NCBI GenBank assembly: GCA_964583985.1
Contig: CAZOYD010000007.1
Span: forward strand, 1 to 33,687
Length of the DNA: 33,687 bases
Origin: an uncultured archaeon
GTDB taxonomy: Archaea > Asgardarchaeota > Lokiarchaeia > Sigyniarchaeales > SOKP01
Direction: 5' to 3'
The stretch's first letter is position 1. Each line of letters opens with the position of its first letter. Made by a program: the position numbers and the translations under genes. Below the pieces are notes generated by a model. It ran no database searches and had not been told where the DNA came from. It saw nothing but the letters and a program-made list of their open reading frames with translations. This document shows, one piece after another, positions 17,820-26,853 of this stretch.

Positions 17820-18167
17820 TTCAATACACTATGTACTTTTTTTCTATAAATTTGAGCGTCTACCCATAGCTTTCCCACAATTCCAAAACATACTGGGATA
17901 GATCATAAATTTTATCAAGATTCATTATGTTATAAATTTATTTGTACCACTATGAAATTCAAGGAAATAATGAACTATTCATCATAAAAAGTAACAATTG
18001 AATTTAAACTCATAAATTAACTATAATATATCTAATATATTTCCCTCTTTCCAAAATTTCGCTAAAATAATTTATCGGGGATTGCATCTATGGCCAAGAT
18101 TAGCAATAGATAGAGTCATAAAATTTTCCAATCTGGTGAATAATGCATAAGATTCAGATCAAAATGG

Positions 18168-18533
18168 TCAATAACAATTTATTGCATTCACAATTTCATC
18201 TAATAAGTGATCCAAAGAAAAGGGTTTCTCATAGAAGCTAAAAGCTCCAATTGATAAAGCTTCTTCTTTGATACTCATATCAGCACTAATAAAAATTATC
18301 TTTACTTTTTTATCTATTTGTAAAATCTCTTTAGTAGCCTCAAGTCCTGATTTAATTGGCATACGATTATCCATTAAAATTAATTTTGGTTTCGTCTCGA
18401 AAGATTTGAACATAAGGATTGCTTCTTCTCCATCCGATGCAATACCAATCACTTCATATCCACTGAAAGTCAAAAATTTCTCAAAAAAAAATTGAACAGC
18501 TGGTTCATCATCTACTATAAATATTTTTTCCAG
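18168..18533 (-). CDS. Stand-alone response-regulator receiver (CheY-like) protein, apparent CTG start
   Basis: Extending the frame upstream of TTG 18473 gives LEKIFIVDDEP, the required acidic pair; also ILMDNRMPIKSG, ISA, KPF. CTG at 18533 lies 6 nt after SD AGGTGA. Confidence 0.9.
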   Translation of the reverse strand: MEKIFIVDDEPAVQFFFEKFLTFSGYEVIGIASDGEEAILMFKSFETKPKLILMDNRMPIKSGLEATKEILQIDKKVKIIFISADMSIKEEALSIGAFSFYEKPFSLDHLLDEIVNAINCY

Positions 18534-18984
18534 TCTAATTCACCTTTGAAATTGATCCTTTTGAGAAATCTCCCTTGCTTTATTTTACCGTTATATACTA
18601 TAATTAAATAATGTTTGATTGTATTGTTTTAATATACAGTTCTTGGTAACTTATTTATTTGAACCTAAAATTACATTATAATCAAATCTATAGAAATCTT
18701 TTTATTTATTTTTTTTTCGATGCCATTCTGTAATCAAATGATTTCTTTAAGAATATAAGTAATTTTGTTTTGTTTTTATAATTGTAATAGAGCTAATACC
18801 GATATTTAATTACTTTGTAAATTAGATTGAAGCTTTTCTTGAATGAATTTAAAAATTGTTGATCTTCTTCGATAAGAGGTTTTCATTGAGTTATCAAAAG
18901 AAGTAATATAAAGTTGGAATTGGGTAAAGTAATAAAAATAGTAATAAAAAAATCTCATTTGAAGAAAGAATTTTTTCCCGTTAT

Positions 18985-21372
18985 TTAATAGCTTATATTA
19001 TTATCTGCCACATTCCAAGAATTTATTATGGAATTAAACACCCTTGGCGGATTATCTCCGAGATAAAGAGAGCCATGATTCATTAGATCAAAACAAGAGC
19101 TAATAATCATATCACCCCCACCTAAAGCATCATTTTCACACCAATAATTCGTACCGCTTGACCCGTGAATGAATGTAGAGTATTTTGAAATCCATGTATT
19201 ATTTGCTATCATCGTCCATTTAATAACAGGGTTATCGATATAGCCAATTAATGTGCTTCTCTCAATATATACATTAGTATAATTGCTATTATGGTGTATC
19301 ACATACAATCTGTCTGAATGTCCTTGGATTTGTGAATCTATAATATTTAAATATGAATTACTGTTTCCTCCCGTAATATTAATTAACATAATAGCCCTAT
19401 TATTAGGATCACCGCAATCCTCTATATGAACAAGAGTGTTATTTCCACTAATTTCAAGCGTTTTAATATTTAAAATTTTTAATTCATTAAATTCAATATT
19501 TTGTCCTTCTGAGACATTAATAAATGTTTCAGAAATACTTGTAATACCATGTGTATCATGCCCATCAATAAAGATTGGATAATTTCCAAGAATTAATTCA
19601 TCTTCTGTTGAAATATCTTCAGTTAAAGATATGCTACAATCTTCTTTATTTATGGATTTGATAGCATCTTGAAGTGTTATATAACCATCAAAACCTCCTT
19701 TTCCTACCGTCTTAATTGGATTAATATAACTGAAATTTCCATCTAATCCTGCATTTTGATAATTCCCAGAATAATCAGCACCCGTGATTGGAACATCACA
19801 GATAATATCTCTCCCATCTAATCCTCTCCATTGGTCAGTAGGAGTTGAAGGAGTTGGAGGTGAAATTCTTGGGAAATGGAAGAAATTGTCTTTTATGATG
19901 ATTAAAGAAGGTTGTCGAACCAATTCAATCCCAGCAGGTAAATAGCAATCCATTATATCTATAATTTCCGATGTGTTAATAATCATTCTACCAATACCAT
20001 CATTCTGTTCACTCCAAAGATTCCAATGCGAGATTTTATTATTCTCAACAGCACCACCCAAACCAAGTAATCTGTACCATTTATATTCGTGGTGATCTGC
20101 AAGAATAACCGGATCAGTAAAACCCGGATAATCACCCGAAAACGTCCAATCACCAGGAGTTATGGTGTGTAAAGTTAACCAAGCACCATTCACACCATTA
20201 GTAGAATCATCCGAACCTTGAAGTGTTGGGAAGCTTGTCAGGAGTTCTAAAAAAGCATTTTCATCTGGAACTGCCACCGAAAACTGACCAATATTTGTAG
20301 ATTCATATAACGATTCGCCAACATTTACTGCTATATATGTCATATTTTCAGCATAGGTAGTTAAAAATCCATCTTGAACATTCTCTATGTTTACCCCATC
20401 TGAATAATGAGGTTTACCCACAATTATATTTTTACCAATACCATTATTAAGACCCATGGCTAATTTTGAACTTGTTGCATATAAAGACCAGTCTCCTCCA
20501 ATATAAGGTGATGTGGCACTGAAATCTGTATCAGAGAAGAATCTGACTTGACTAACCATACTTTTACCAACATTTGTATTATTATGAGTACTCCCAAATT
20601 CAAAAGTTGTCGATGTTATCTCGCAATTTTCAAACCATATATCCAGAGGATCTTCATGTTCTCCGGTTAAACTTACGCGAGCGTTTTCACTAAAACCACA
20701 ACTTTTAAAGTGGACTGTTCGATATGGGCCTGTTGAACCACCAGTACGATTATTTTCCTTGATATATCCCTTATTGAAATTGCAATCTGTAAATCTACCT
20801 GCTGTAGCGCCTATTTCCATCATTATATTATTACTTGAATTTGCCTCGATTCGCATATTCCACATTCTATAAAAATCTGCTGATGTACTTCTGAGAGGAT
20901 AATTACTTGAATTGCTGCCAATATTTACAATCTTAGCTGAGGCACCATCCCATGATCTTTCAACACCAAGTATATTAACACCAGAGGGAGCATGAATCTG
21001 CTCGTTATAAACTCCCGCATAAACCATAACAGTTGCTCTCGCACCACCTGTAGGAGCCCATTCAGATATTGCAAAGTCTATTCCTGCTTGTATTGTACTA
21101 AATTGATGAGCATTAGAATCATTTGTAAAGGAAGGACTCACAAAACAAGTCTTTTCTGGATTAAAATTATCATCAAAATAATTTGTAATAGCATCAGGAC
21201 TATTTATGTAATAACCAAGAGTCCCTGCGACAATAGCAACAGCTAGAACAATAATGATTCCAGCACTAATTCTTTTTCTCATCTGCATCTTATTTTTAGC
21301 TCGTATTTTATCATGAGGAAGATACGAGATATTTAGAAATCTTTTTTTAGAATTTATAAAATTAAACATCAT
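18985..21372 (-). CDS. Membrane-anchored extracellular pectin-lyase-like beta-helix protein with inserted discoidin-like module
   Basis: TM segment aa ~35-56; beta-helix cap motifs FSTIQAGID...VMVYAGVYNEQI and GYITLQDAI; I-x-D/N-C/S rungs; many N-x-S/T sequons; SD AGGAGTGA. Confidence 0.7.
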   Translation of the reverse strand: MMFNFINSKKRFLNISYLPHDKIRAKNKMQMRKRISAGIIIVLAVAIVAGTLGYYINSPDAITNYFDDNFNPEKTCFVSPSFTNDSNAHQFSTIQAGIDFAISEWAPTGGARATVMVYAGVYNEQIHAPSGVNILGVERSWDGASAKIVNIGSNSSNYPLRSTSADFYRMWNMRIEANSSNNIMMEIGATAGRFTDCNFNKGYIKENNRTGGSTGPYRTVHFKSCGFSENARVSLTGEHEDPLDIWFENCEITSTTFEFGSTHNNTNVGKSMVSQVRFFSDTDFSATSPYIGGDWSLYATSSKLAMGLNNGIGKNIIVGKPHYSDGVNIENVQDGFLTTYAENMTYIAVNVGESLYESTNIGQFSVAVPDENAFLELLTSFPTLQGSDDSTNGVNGAWLTLHTITPGDWTFSGDYPGFTDPVILADHHEYKWYRLLGLGGAVENNKISHWNLWSEQNDGIGRMIINTSEIIDIMDCYLPAGIELVRQPSLIIIKDNFFHFPRISPPTPSTPTDQWRGLDGRDIICDVPITGADYSGNYQNAGLDGNFSYINPIKTVGKGGFDGYITLQDAIKSINKEDCSISLTEDISTEDELILGNYPIFIDGHDTHGITSISETFINVSEGQNIEFNELKILNIKTLEISGNNTLVHIEDCGDPNNRAIMLINITGGNSNSYLNIIDSQIQGHSDRLYVIHHNSNYTNVYIERSTLIGYIDNPVIKWTMIANNTWISKYSTFIHGSSGTNYWCENDALGGGDMIISSCFDLMNHGSLYLGDNPPRVFNSIINSWNVADNNISY

Positions 21373-21581
21373 AAATCACTCCTATAATATTTTAAGCATT
21401 TCTCTGAGTTTTAGATAATATAACAGCAAATTCCTACCCTGTATTAAATTCAAAATACTTTTCTCAATTCAATATTAAAAATTTCTATTTAAATATACTT
21501 GCCTTAAAAAATAAAAATAAAAAAAAATATAAGTCTTTGATTAATGGCTATTTAAGATATTACATAATCAAGATTAAATAT

Positions 21582-23546
21582 TCACCCAATCTCGGGTATT
21601 AAAACGATAAAAGTAGAACCTTTCTTATAATTTCCTTCGATTCTATCTTGAACCCAAATTTTTCCATTAAGAAAACACATTATAGTATTCACCAGAGATA
21701 ATCCAATACCCATCCCATGAGCACTCCTACCATCTAAATAACCTCTCTCAAAAATTTTCTTTTTTCTTCCATCTTCTATACCCTTCGCATTGTCCGAGAA
21801 TTCAATCCTAAGATATTTTTTATTTTTTTCCTCAAATTTAGAGATAGAGATATCAATTTGAACTATAGAATTTTCATTATGTTTTATAGCATTAAAAAGA
21901 ATATTTTCAAAAACATCTTCAAGAAATTCATTAGCTTTAACAAAAAGTTTTTTATTAACAGAATCAAATTGAATATTTACTTGTTTTTCTTTTTCAAGAT
22001 TTTTTAACCTTAGTATCACTCTTTCTAACAAATGGCAAACATCCATTTTTTCAAAATCAAATTTTTTTTCTTCTATTGTAGAAAGTTTTTGGACATTCTT
22101 TATTAAATTCTTTCCTCGAAAGATTTGATCTTGAATAATCTTTAGATTCTTCATTATAGTTTCAGAATTTTGTGGCTGTGAAATTAAAAGTTCACTAACT
22201 TGTAATCCCGATAAACAAATCTGCAGAATATTATTTATATCATGCGATAATAAGTCTTTATAAAATTCCGCTCGTTTATATGCTTGACGAAAACTATTTT
22301 CGGATTCTTTTAATGCTTTTACCGCACTTACACGTTCACTGATATCTAGTTGACTCCCCCAAATTCTAATTAAAAAACCCTCTTCTATTATCCCAATGGT
22401 ATTGTTAGAAATATAAACATTATTTCCATCTTTATCAACCTCTACTGATTCTGCATTTAATATCTTATATTCTGAACGGATCCAAGAACTTAAAAATTCA
22501 ATATTTTCTGGAATTTCCTTAGAGCCATGGAAATCCAGTATGCGAGCTCCAATAAGCTCATTAGCATTTGAAAAGCCATATAAGTGAGCAAATTTATTGT
22601 TACAGCTTGCAATATACCCGTATTTATAAATCGCTTCAATTTGATCTTTCTCAGGAAGAATTATAGATATGGGTTGATCAAACTCAATAATGGATGTTCC
22701 TTCCCCGCTATGTTCGATAAAACTGCGATACTTTTCTAAAGTTTCCTCTAATTTTTCTTCAGCTATTACACGTTGAGTTATATCATTATGATAAATAATT
22801 GCATTGGTTACTTCCCCATCTTGATTTAATATAGGAGAAACGGTGACCTCTAAAATACTTCTTGTTTTTTTTTTGATTCCTGTTAATTTTTTAAATGTAA
22901 CTGGTTTATAATCAATAATAATTTTAGCCGGTTCACCTTTTTTAAAAACATTTTTTACTAATGTTAAGTTATTTCCCTCAGCTATTATAGGATCATCAAA
23001 GATATTGAAATTATTTACCAATACTTCATGATCTGCATCCCATAAATCTTGACATGTCTTGTTTTGCTTAAGAAATGTTCCTTTATTGTCGGAAATCCAC
23101 ATACTAAATGGACTTTGCTCAAATATGCTATAATGAAGGTTTTCATGATTAAAACGCTCAGTTATATCAAAAGAAAATCCTATAATACCTTTTACTTTAC
23201 CCTCATCATTGACAAAAGGAATCTTATTAGAATTCAACCACAAAGTACCTTCCTTCGTTGGCCATGGTTCTATTACACCAAATTTAGGTTTACCGGTTTT
23301 AATTATCTCTAGATCGTCTTGAAAGTATGCTTGAGCTCGTTCTTTTGGGTATAATTTAAAACAACTCATGCCGGTTAACTTATCCTTGGTTGTATTGTGA
23401 AAATCAGCAAAATATTTATTTACTCGGAGAAGATTATTTTTAGAATCTTTATAAAAAACCAATCCCGGAATATTATCCAAAATAATTTCCATTTCTTTAT
23501 TAATTTCCTTATACTTTTCTAAAGATATATCCTCGGAATTACTCAT
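21582..23546 (-). CDS. Cytoplasmic sensor histidine kinase with three PAS/PAC domains
   Basis: Three PAS domains ending DITER, DITQR and DISER; H-box SHDINN, N-box FENILFNAIKH, G1 SDNAKGI, G2 GMGIGL. The ORF track starts at TTG 23564. Confidence 0.92.
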   Translation of the reverse strand: MSNSEDISLEKYKEINKEMEIILDNIPGLVFYKDSKNNLLRVNKYFADFHNTTKDKLTGMSCFKLYPKERAQAYFQDDLEIIKTGKPKFGVIEPWPTKEGTLWLNSNKIPFVNDEGKVKGIIGFSFDITERFNHENLHYSIFEQSPFSMWISDNKGTFLKQNKTCQDLWDADHEVLVNNFNIFDDPIIAEGNNLTLVKNVFKKGEPAKIIIDYKPVTFKKLTGIKKKTRSILEVTVSPILNQDGEVTNAIIYHNDITQRVIAEEKLEETLEKYRSFIEHSGEGTSIIEFDQPISIILPEKDQIEAIYKYGYIASCNNKFAHLYGFSNANELIGARILDFHGSKEIPENIEFLSSWIRSEYKILNAESVEVDKDGNNVYISNNTIGIIEEGFLIRIWGSQLDISERVSAVKALKESENSFRQAYKRAEFYKDLLSHDINNILQICLSGLQVSELLISQPQNSETIMKNLKIIQDQIFRGKNLIKNVQKLSTIEEKKFDFEKMDVCHLLERVILRLKNLEKEKQVNIQFDSVNKKLFVKANEFLEDVFENILFNAIKHNENSIVQIDISISKFEEKNKKYLRIEFSDNAKGIEDGRKKKIFERGYLDGRSAHGMGIGLSLVNTIMCFLNGKIWVQDRIEGNYKKGSTFIVLIPEIG

Positions 23547-23761
23547 TTTCAAACATTTTAACAAATTATTTCTTCTAATGTCTTTTATATTTTTTTAATT
23601 TTAAAATATATCTATAATATTTTGAACAGAATAGAATTCTTTTGAAAATATTAAGGCATTTAGCATCAATCTGCGCGTTAAATCGCATTGAAATTTATAT
23701 AAATTTATATTTTTGGATGGATATATTAAAGTATAATTATAAAAATATCAAAATTTAAAGC

Positions 23762-24820
23762 TCATCCGAGTGAAATACCACCTGATTTAGTTAATAAACT
23801 CAAATCTTCCCAAATATAGCTAGTATCAATCATCGTAGGAGAATTACAACTACTACATTTTTCCGCATCTTCTAAAAATTTTTTCATCCGAGGTAATTCC
23901 AAGGCGTCTATTACGGAGATGTCGCGCAAATTTGCAATTGGTTTATCTAATTCCAGGCAATTTTCAATATCACCATTATAATTAACATACATAAAAACTC
24001 TTCTTGCGTGACAATTATATTGCTTTTTTCCTCCGATAAAATGGTTTAAATACGATTCCGAGTTCAAAATTTTAGACCCATTCTTTTTTGCTTCCAAAAT
24101 TTTAGTAAAAGCGGCGCTTATTTCCTCATCTGTAGCTGAAAGCGAACCTTTTTCATCGATATCTCCACTTGAATAGTGACGGATTGTATTTATTACGTTA
24201 AAAGCAATTGGAACTTCAATTTGATCTCCTAATGCTATCATTTCCTCAACGCGATGAATGTTATATTTACTAATAGAAAAACTGAACTGTAGTGATATAA
24301 GGGGAAATTCATCTTTGATAATTTTTACAGAATCCATAATATTATCATATAGCCCTTTTAAACCACGAATTTTATCGTGTTCTTCTTTTTTCGGGGAATC
24401 AAGAGATATTAATATTAAATTAAGATCATTTCCATATTCATGGATTTGTTTTGGAAGTAAATATCCATTTGTAACCATACCTATAAAGGCAAATTCGGCT
24501 TTATTTTTTATGAATTTAATGATATTGGTTATATCTTTACGGAGAGTTGGTTCTCCACCCCAAAGAACAGTCATTATAAAACCAGCAGTTTTTGCATCTA
24601 AATAAATTCGTTGGATTTCTTCAAGTGATAATTCACCTTTTGCTGTATTATCCTTCCATAAACACGATTCACAATCACAATTACACCTTAATGTAGTAAG
24701 AAAGTGAAATATAAATGGTCTATCACCTGAATCTTTAGCGCGTTTAGCTGCTATTGCTAATTTACCAATATATTTTTTTTTATAACGATTTATTTCCTTG
24801 GCTGTTAATTTATGCTCCAT
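23762..24820 (-). CDS. Radical SAM protein with C-terminal SPASM/Twitch-like domain
   Basis: CNCDCESC (CxxxCxxC), GGEP, TNG, ISLDS...HDKIRG; auxiliary Cys in YNCH, GDIENC and KCSSC. Confidence 0.9.
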   Translation of the reverse strand: MEHKLTAKEINRYKKKYIGKLAIAAKRAKDSGDRPFIFHFLTTLRCNCDCESCLWKDNTAKGELSLEEIQRIYLDAKTAGFIMTVLWGGEPTLRKDITNIIKFIKNKAEFAFIGMVTNGYLLPKQIHEYGNDLNLILISLDSPKKEEHDKIRGLKGLYDNIMDSVKIIKDEFPLISLQFSFSISKYNIHRVEEMIALGDQIEVPIAFNVINTIRHYSSGDIDEKGSLSATDEEISAAFTKILEAKKNGSKILNSESYLNHFIGGKKQYNCHARRVFMYVNYNGDIENCLELDKPIANLRDISVIDALELPRMKKFLEDAEKCSSCNSPTMIDTSYIWEDLSLLTKSGGISLG

Positions 24821-25019
24821 AATTTTACAAAAAACCCTCTTTTATTGATATCTTAAAACAAGTGTAATATTTATTACTGAAGATATAACATTTATATTTT
24901 TGGGATATACGTGTAGTACATGATTTTTAACTAGATATCCACACAAGAAGTTAAATTGAATGATTAACTTAAATTTTCTTGAATGTTCTTATCTTTATCA
25001 AAAAAAATCGTGGTTTAAA

Positions 25020-26378
25020 ATGTATAAATATGGTGTATCAATTTTAGGGACGGGTTTCATTGGTTTGTGTTCAGCAGCTTGCTTTTCTAACAAGGATATA
25101 AAGGTTCTTGCTTCCACTCATGACGAGAAAAAAGCTAAAATGATAAATGATGGAAAAGCACCATTTTTTGAAGCGAATTTACAAGAAATAATGGATGATG
25201 TTAAAAAAAATACCCCAGAACTTTTGCGTTGTCTTACTGATCCCGTGAAAGCCGTGTTAGAGACAGAAATTTCCATGATCACTCAAGGTACTCCGATGCG
25301 AGAAGATAAAAGCATTAATTTATGTTATATCGAGAGTACTGCTCGGGAAATTGGTGAGGCTCTTAAAAAAAAAGATTCCTATCACCTAGTAGTTGTGAGA
25401 TCGACTGTAGTTCCCGGTACTACTAGAAATCTTGTAGGAAAGCTAATAACCGAAGTTTCAGGAAAAGTACCGGGAAAAGATTTTGGATTATGCATGCAAC
25501 CCGAGTTTTTGGCTGAAGGATCGTCTGTTTCAGATACCTTACATCCGGATAGAATCGTTATTGGAGGAATTGATGATAGAAGTAGTGATAAGCTCCAAGA
25601 ATTTTATGAATATTTCTATGGTGACCACTTACAAAATTGCCCCATATTAAGAATGAATTTAGAAAGCGCCGAATTAGTTAAATATGGTAATAACTGCCTA
25701 TTATCTACTAAAATAAGTTTTGCTAATGAATTCGCAAATTTTGCTGAGTTGGTGCCAAATGTAGATGTTGCCCAAGTAATGAAAGGGGTAGGACTTGATT
25801 ACAGATTGAATTCTCGATTTTTAAATGCAGGTGTTGGCTTTGGAGGTTCTTGCTTTCATAAAGATGTAAACGCAATAAAGGCGTGGTCAAAATCTAAAGG
25901 ATATACTTCACGATTATTAGAAGCAGTATTGGATATTAATGATGATCAAGCAATTCACATCGTAGATATTGCCGAAGAATTAGCTGGAAAATTAGCTGGT
26001 AAAAAAGTTACGTTATTAGGTCTTGCCTTTAAACCGGGTACTGATGATATGAGAGAAGCTGCTAGTATTAGGGTCGTAAAGGAGCTCTTGAAACGAGGAA
26101 TTAATGATATAATAGGTTATGATCCTAAAGCAAATGAAACTGCTAAAGTTGAGTTAGGAGACTCCATAAAATATGCTAATTCAATCGCTGAAGCTTTGAA
26201 AGACTCTGAATGCGTATTCTTAATAACTGAATGGGATGATTTTAAAAAACTTTCACCTGAAACCTTCAAGAAACACATGAAGACAGCTAATTTAGTAGAT
26301 GGTCGAAGAATCTATGATTTTGAGAAATTTAGTAAAGAACTATCTTTTAGAGCAATCGGTAGAGTCGCCTTAGAATAA
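25020..26378 (+). CDS. UDP-glucose/GDP-mannose 6-dehydrogenase family protein
   Basis: GTGFIG, GTP, RSTVVPGT, PEFLAEG, AELVKY, GFGGSCF.KD, GLAFKPGTDDMRE, TEW, DGR. ATG 25020 is preferred over 24960. Confidence 0.93.
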   Translation: MYKYGVSILGTGFIGLCSAACFSNKDIKVLASTHDEKKAKMINDGKAPFFEANLQEIMDDVKKNTPELLRCLTDPVKAVLETEISMITQGTPMREDKSINLCYIESTAREIGEALKKKDSYHLVVVRSTVVPGTTRNLVGKLITEVSGKVPGKDFGLCMQPEFLAEGSSVSDTLHPDRIVIGGIDDRSSDKLQEFYEYFYGDHLQNCPILRMNLESAELVKYGNNCLLSTKISFANEFANFAELVPNVDVAQVMKGVGLDYRLNSRFLNAGVGFGGSCFHKDVNAIKAWSKSKGYTSRLLEAVLDINDDQAIHIVDIAEELAGKLAGKKVTLLGLAFKPGTDDMREAASIRVVKELLKRGINDIIGYDPKANETAKVELGDSIKYANSIAEALKDSECVFLITEWDDFKKLSPETFKKHMKTANLVDGRRIYDFEKFSKELSFRAIGRVALE

Positions 26379-26585
26379 GCTAGATTTATTATAAATTAAT
26401 ATGCGACCCATTTCTATATTGATTTTGGTGAGCCGAATAAATTAAAATTCTGCTTTCTTATTCTCTTTTATCATTTTAATTTTATCTTTTTTTCTATTAT
26501 TTAAAGAAACAATAATTTTATAGGTAAGCCAGAATACTATTATGAGTAGAAGAGATAAAATTGAAAATATTTTAAATTTAAAATT

Positions 26586-26804
26586 ATGAAAATTATTAAC
26601 GATACAGCAGAAGAGATAAATGGAAGCATGATCATCTTGAAAAAAAAATGTGAAGTATGTGGGAAACCTTTAAAACTGTATCAGAGTGATTACGATAGAC
26701 CTTACAAATTTGTCTTTATAAATATCAGTCAAAACCAACCAAAACATTACTTTTGCTCTAAGAAATGTAAAAACGAGTGGATATTTAACCCAAGTAATCG
26801 TTAA
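26586..26804 (+). CDS. Small treble-clef/TRASH-like metal-binding protein
   Basis: CEVCGK ... YFCSKKCK four-Cys pattern in 72 aa. Confidence 0.7.
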   Translation: MKIINDTAEEINGSMIILKKKCEVCGKPLKLYQSDYDRPYKFVFINISQNQPKHYFCSKKCKNEWIFNPSNR

Positions 26805-26853
26805 AAATAATTTTTAGAAGAATAATTTTAATCTGTTTTTATAATCATTAGAA

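Noticed and set aside
18546-18984. Long spacer examined for an IS remnant, ncRNA or CRISPR repeats
   Set aside because: No terminal inverted repeats, regularly spaced repeats, tRNA cloverleaf or convincing ORF seen.
18985-21372. Calling the beta-helix protein a pectin methylesterase or a prophage tailspike
   Set aside because: Only the generic N-terminal cap motif matches; the catalytic QDTL/DFIFG motifs are absent, it has a membrane anchor, and no viral genes flank it.
23691-23710. AAATTTATAT direct repeat with a 16-bp AT palindrome upstream of the histidine kinase
   Set aside because: Pure A/T; plausible as a TATA region but expected by chance at this base composition.
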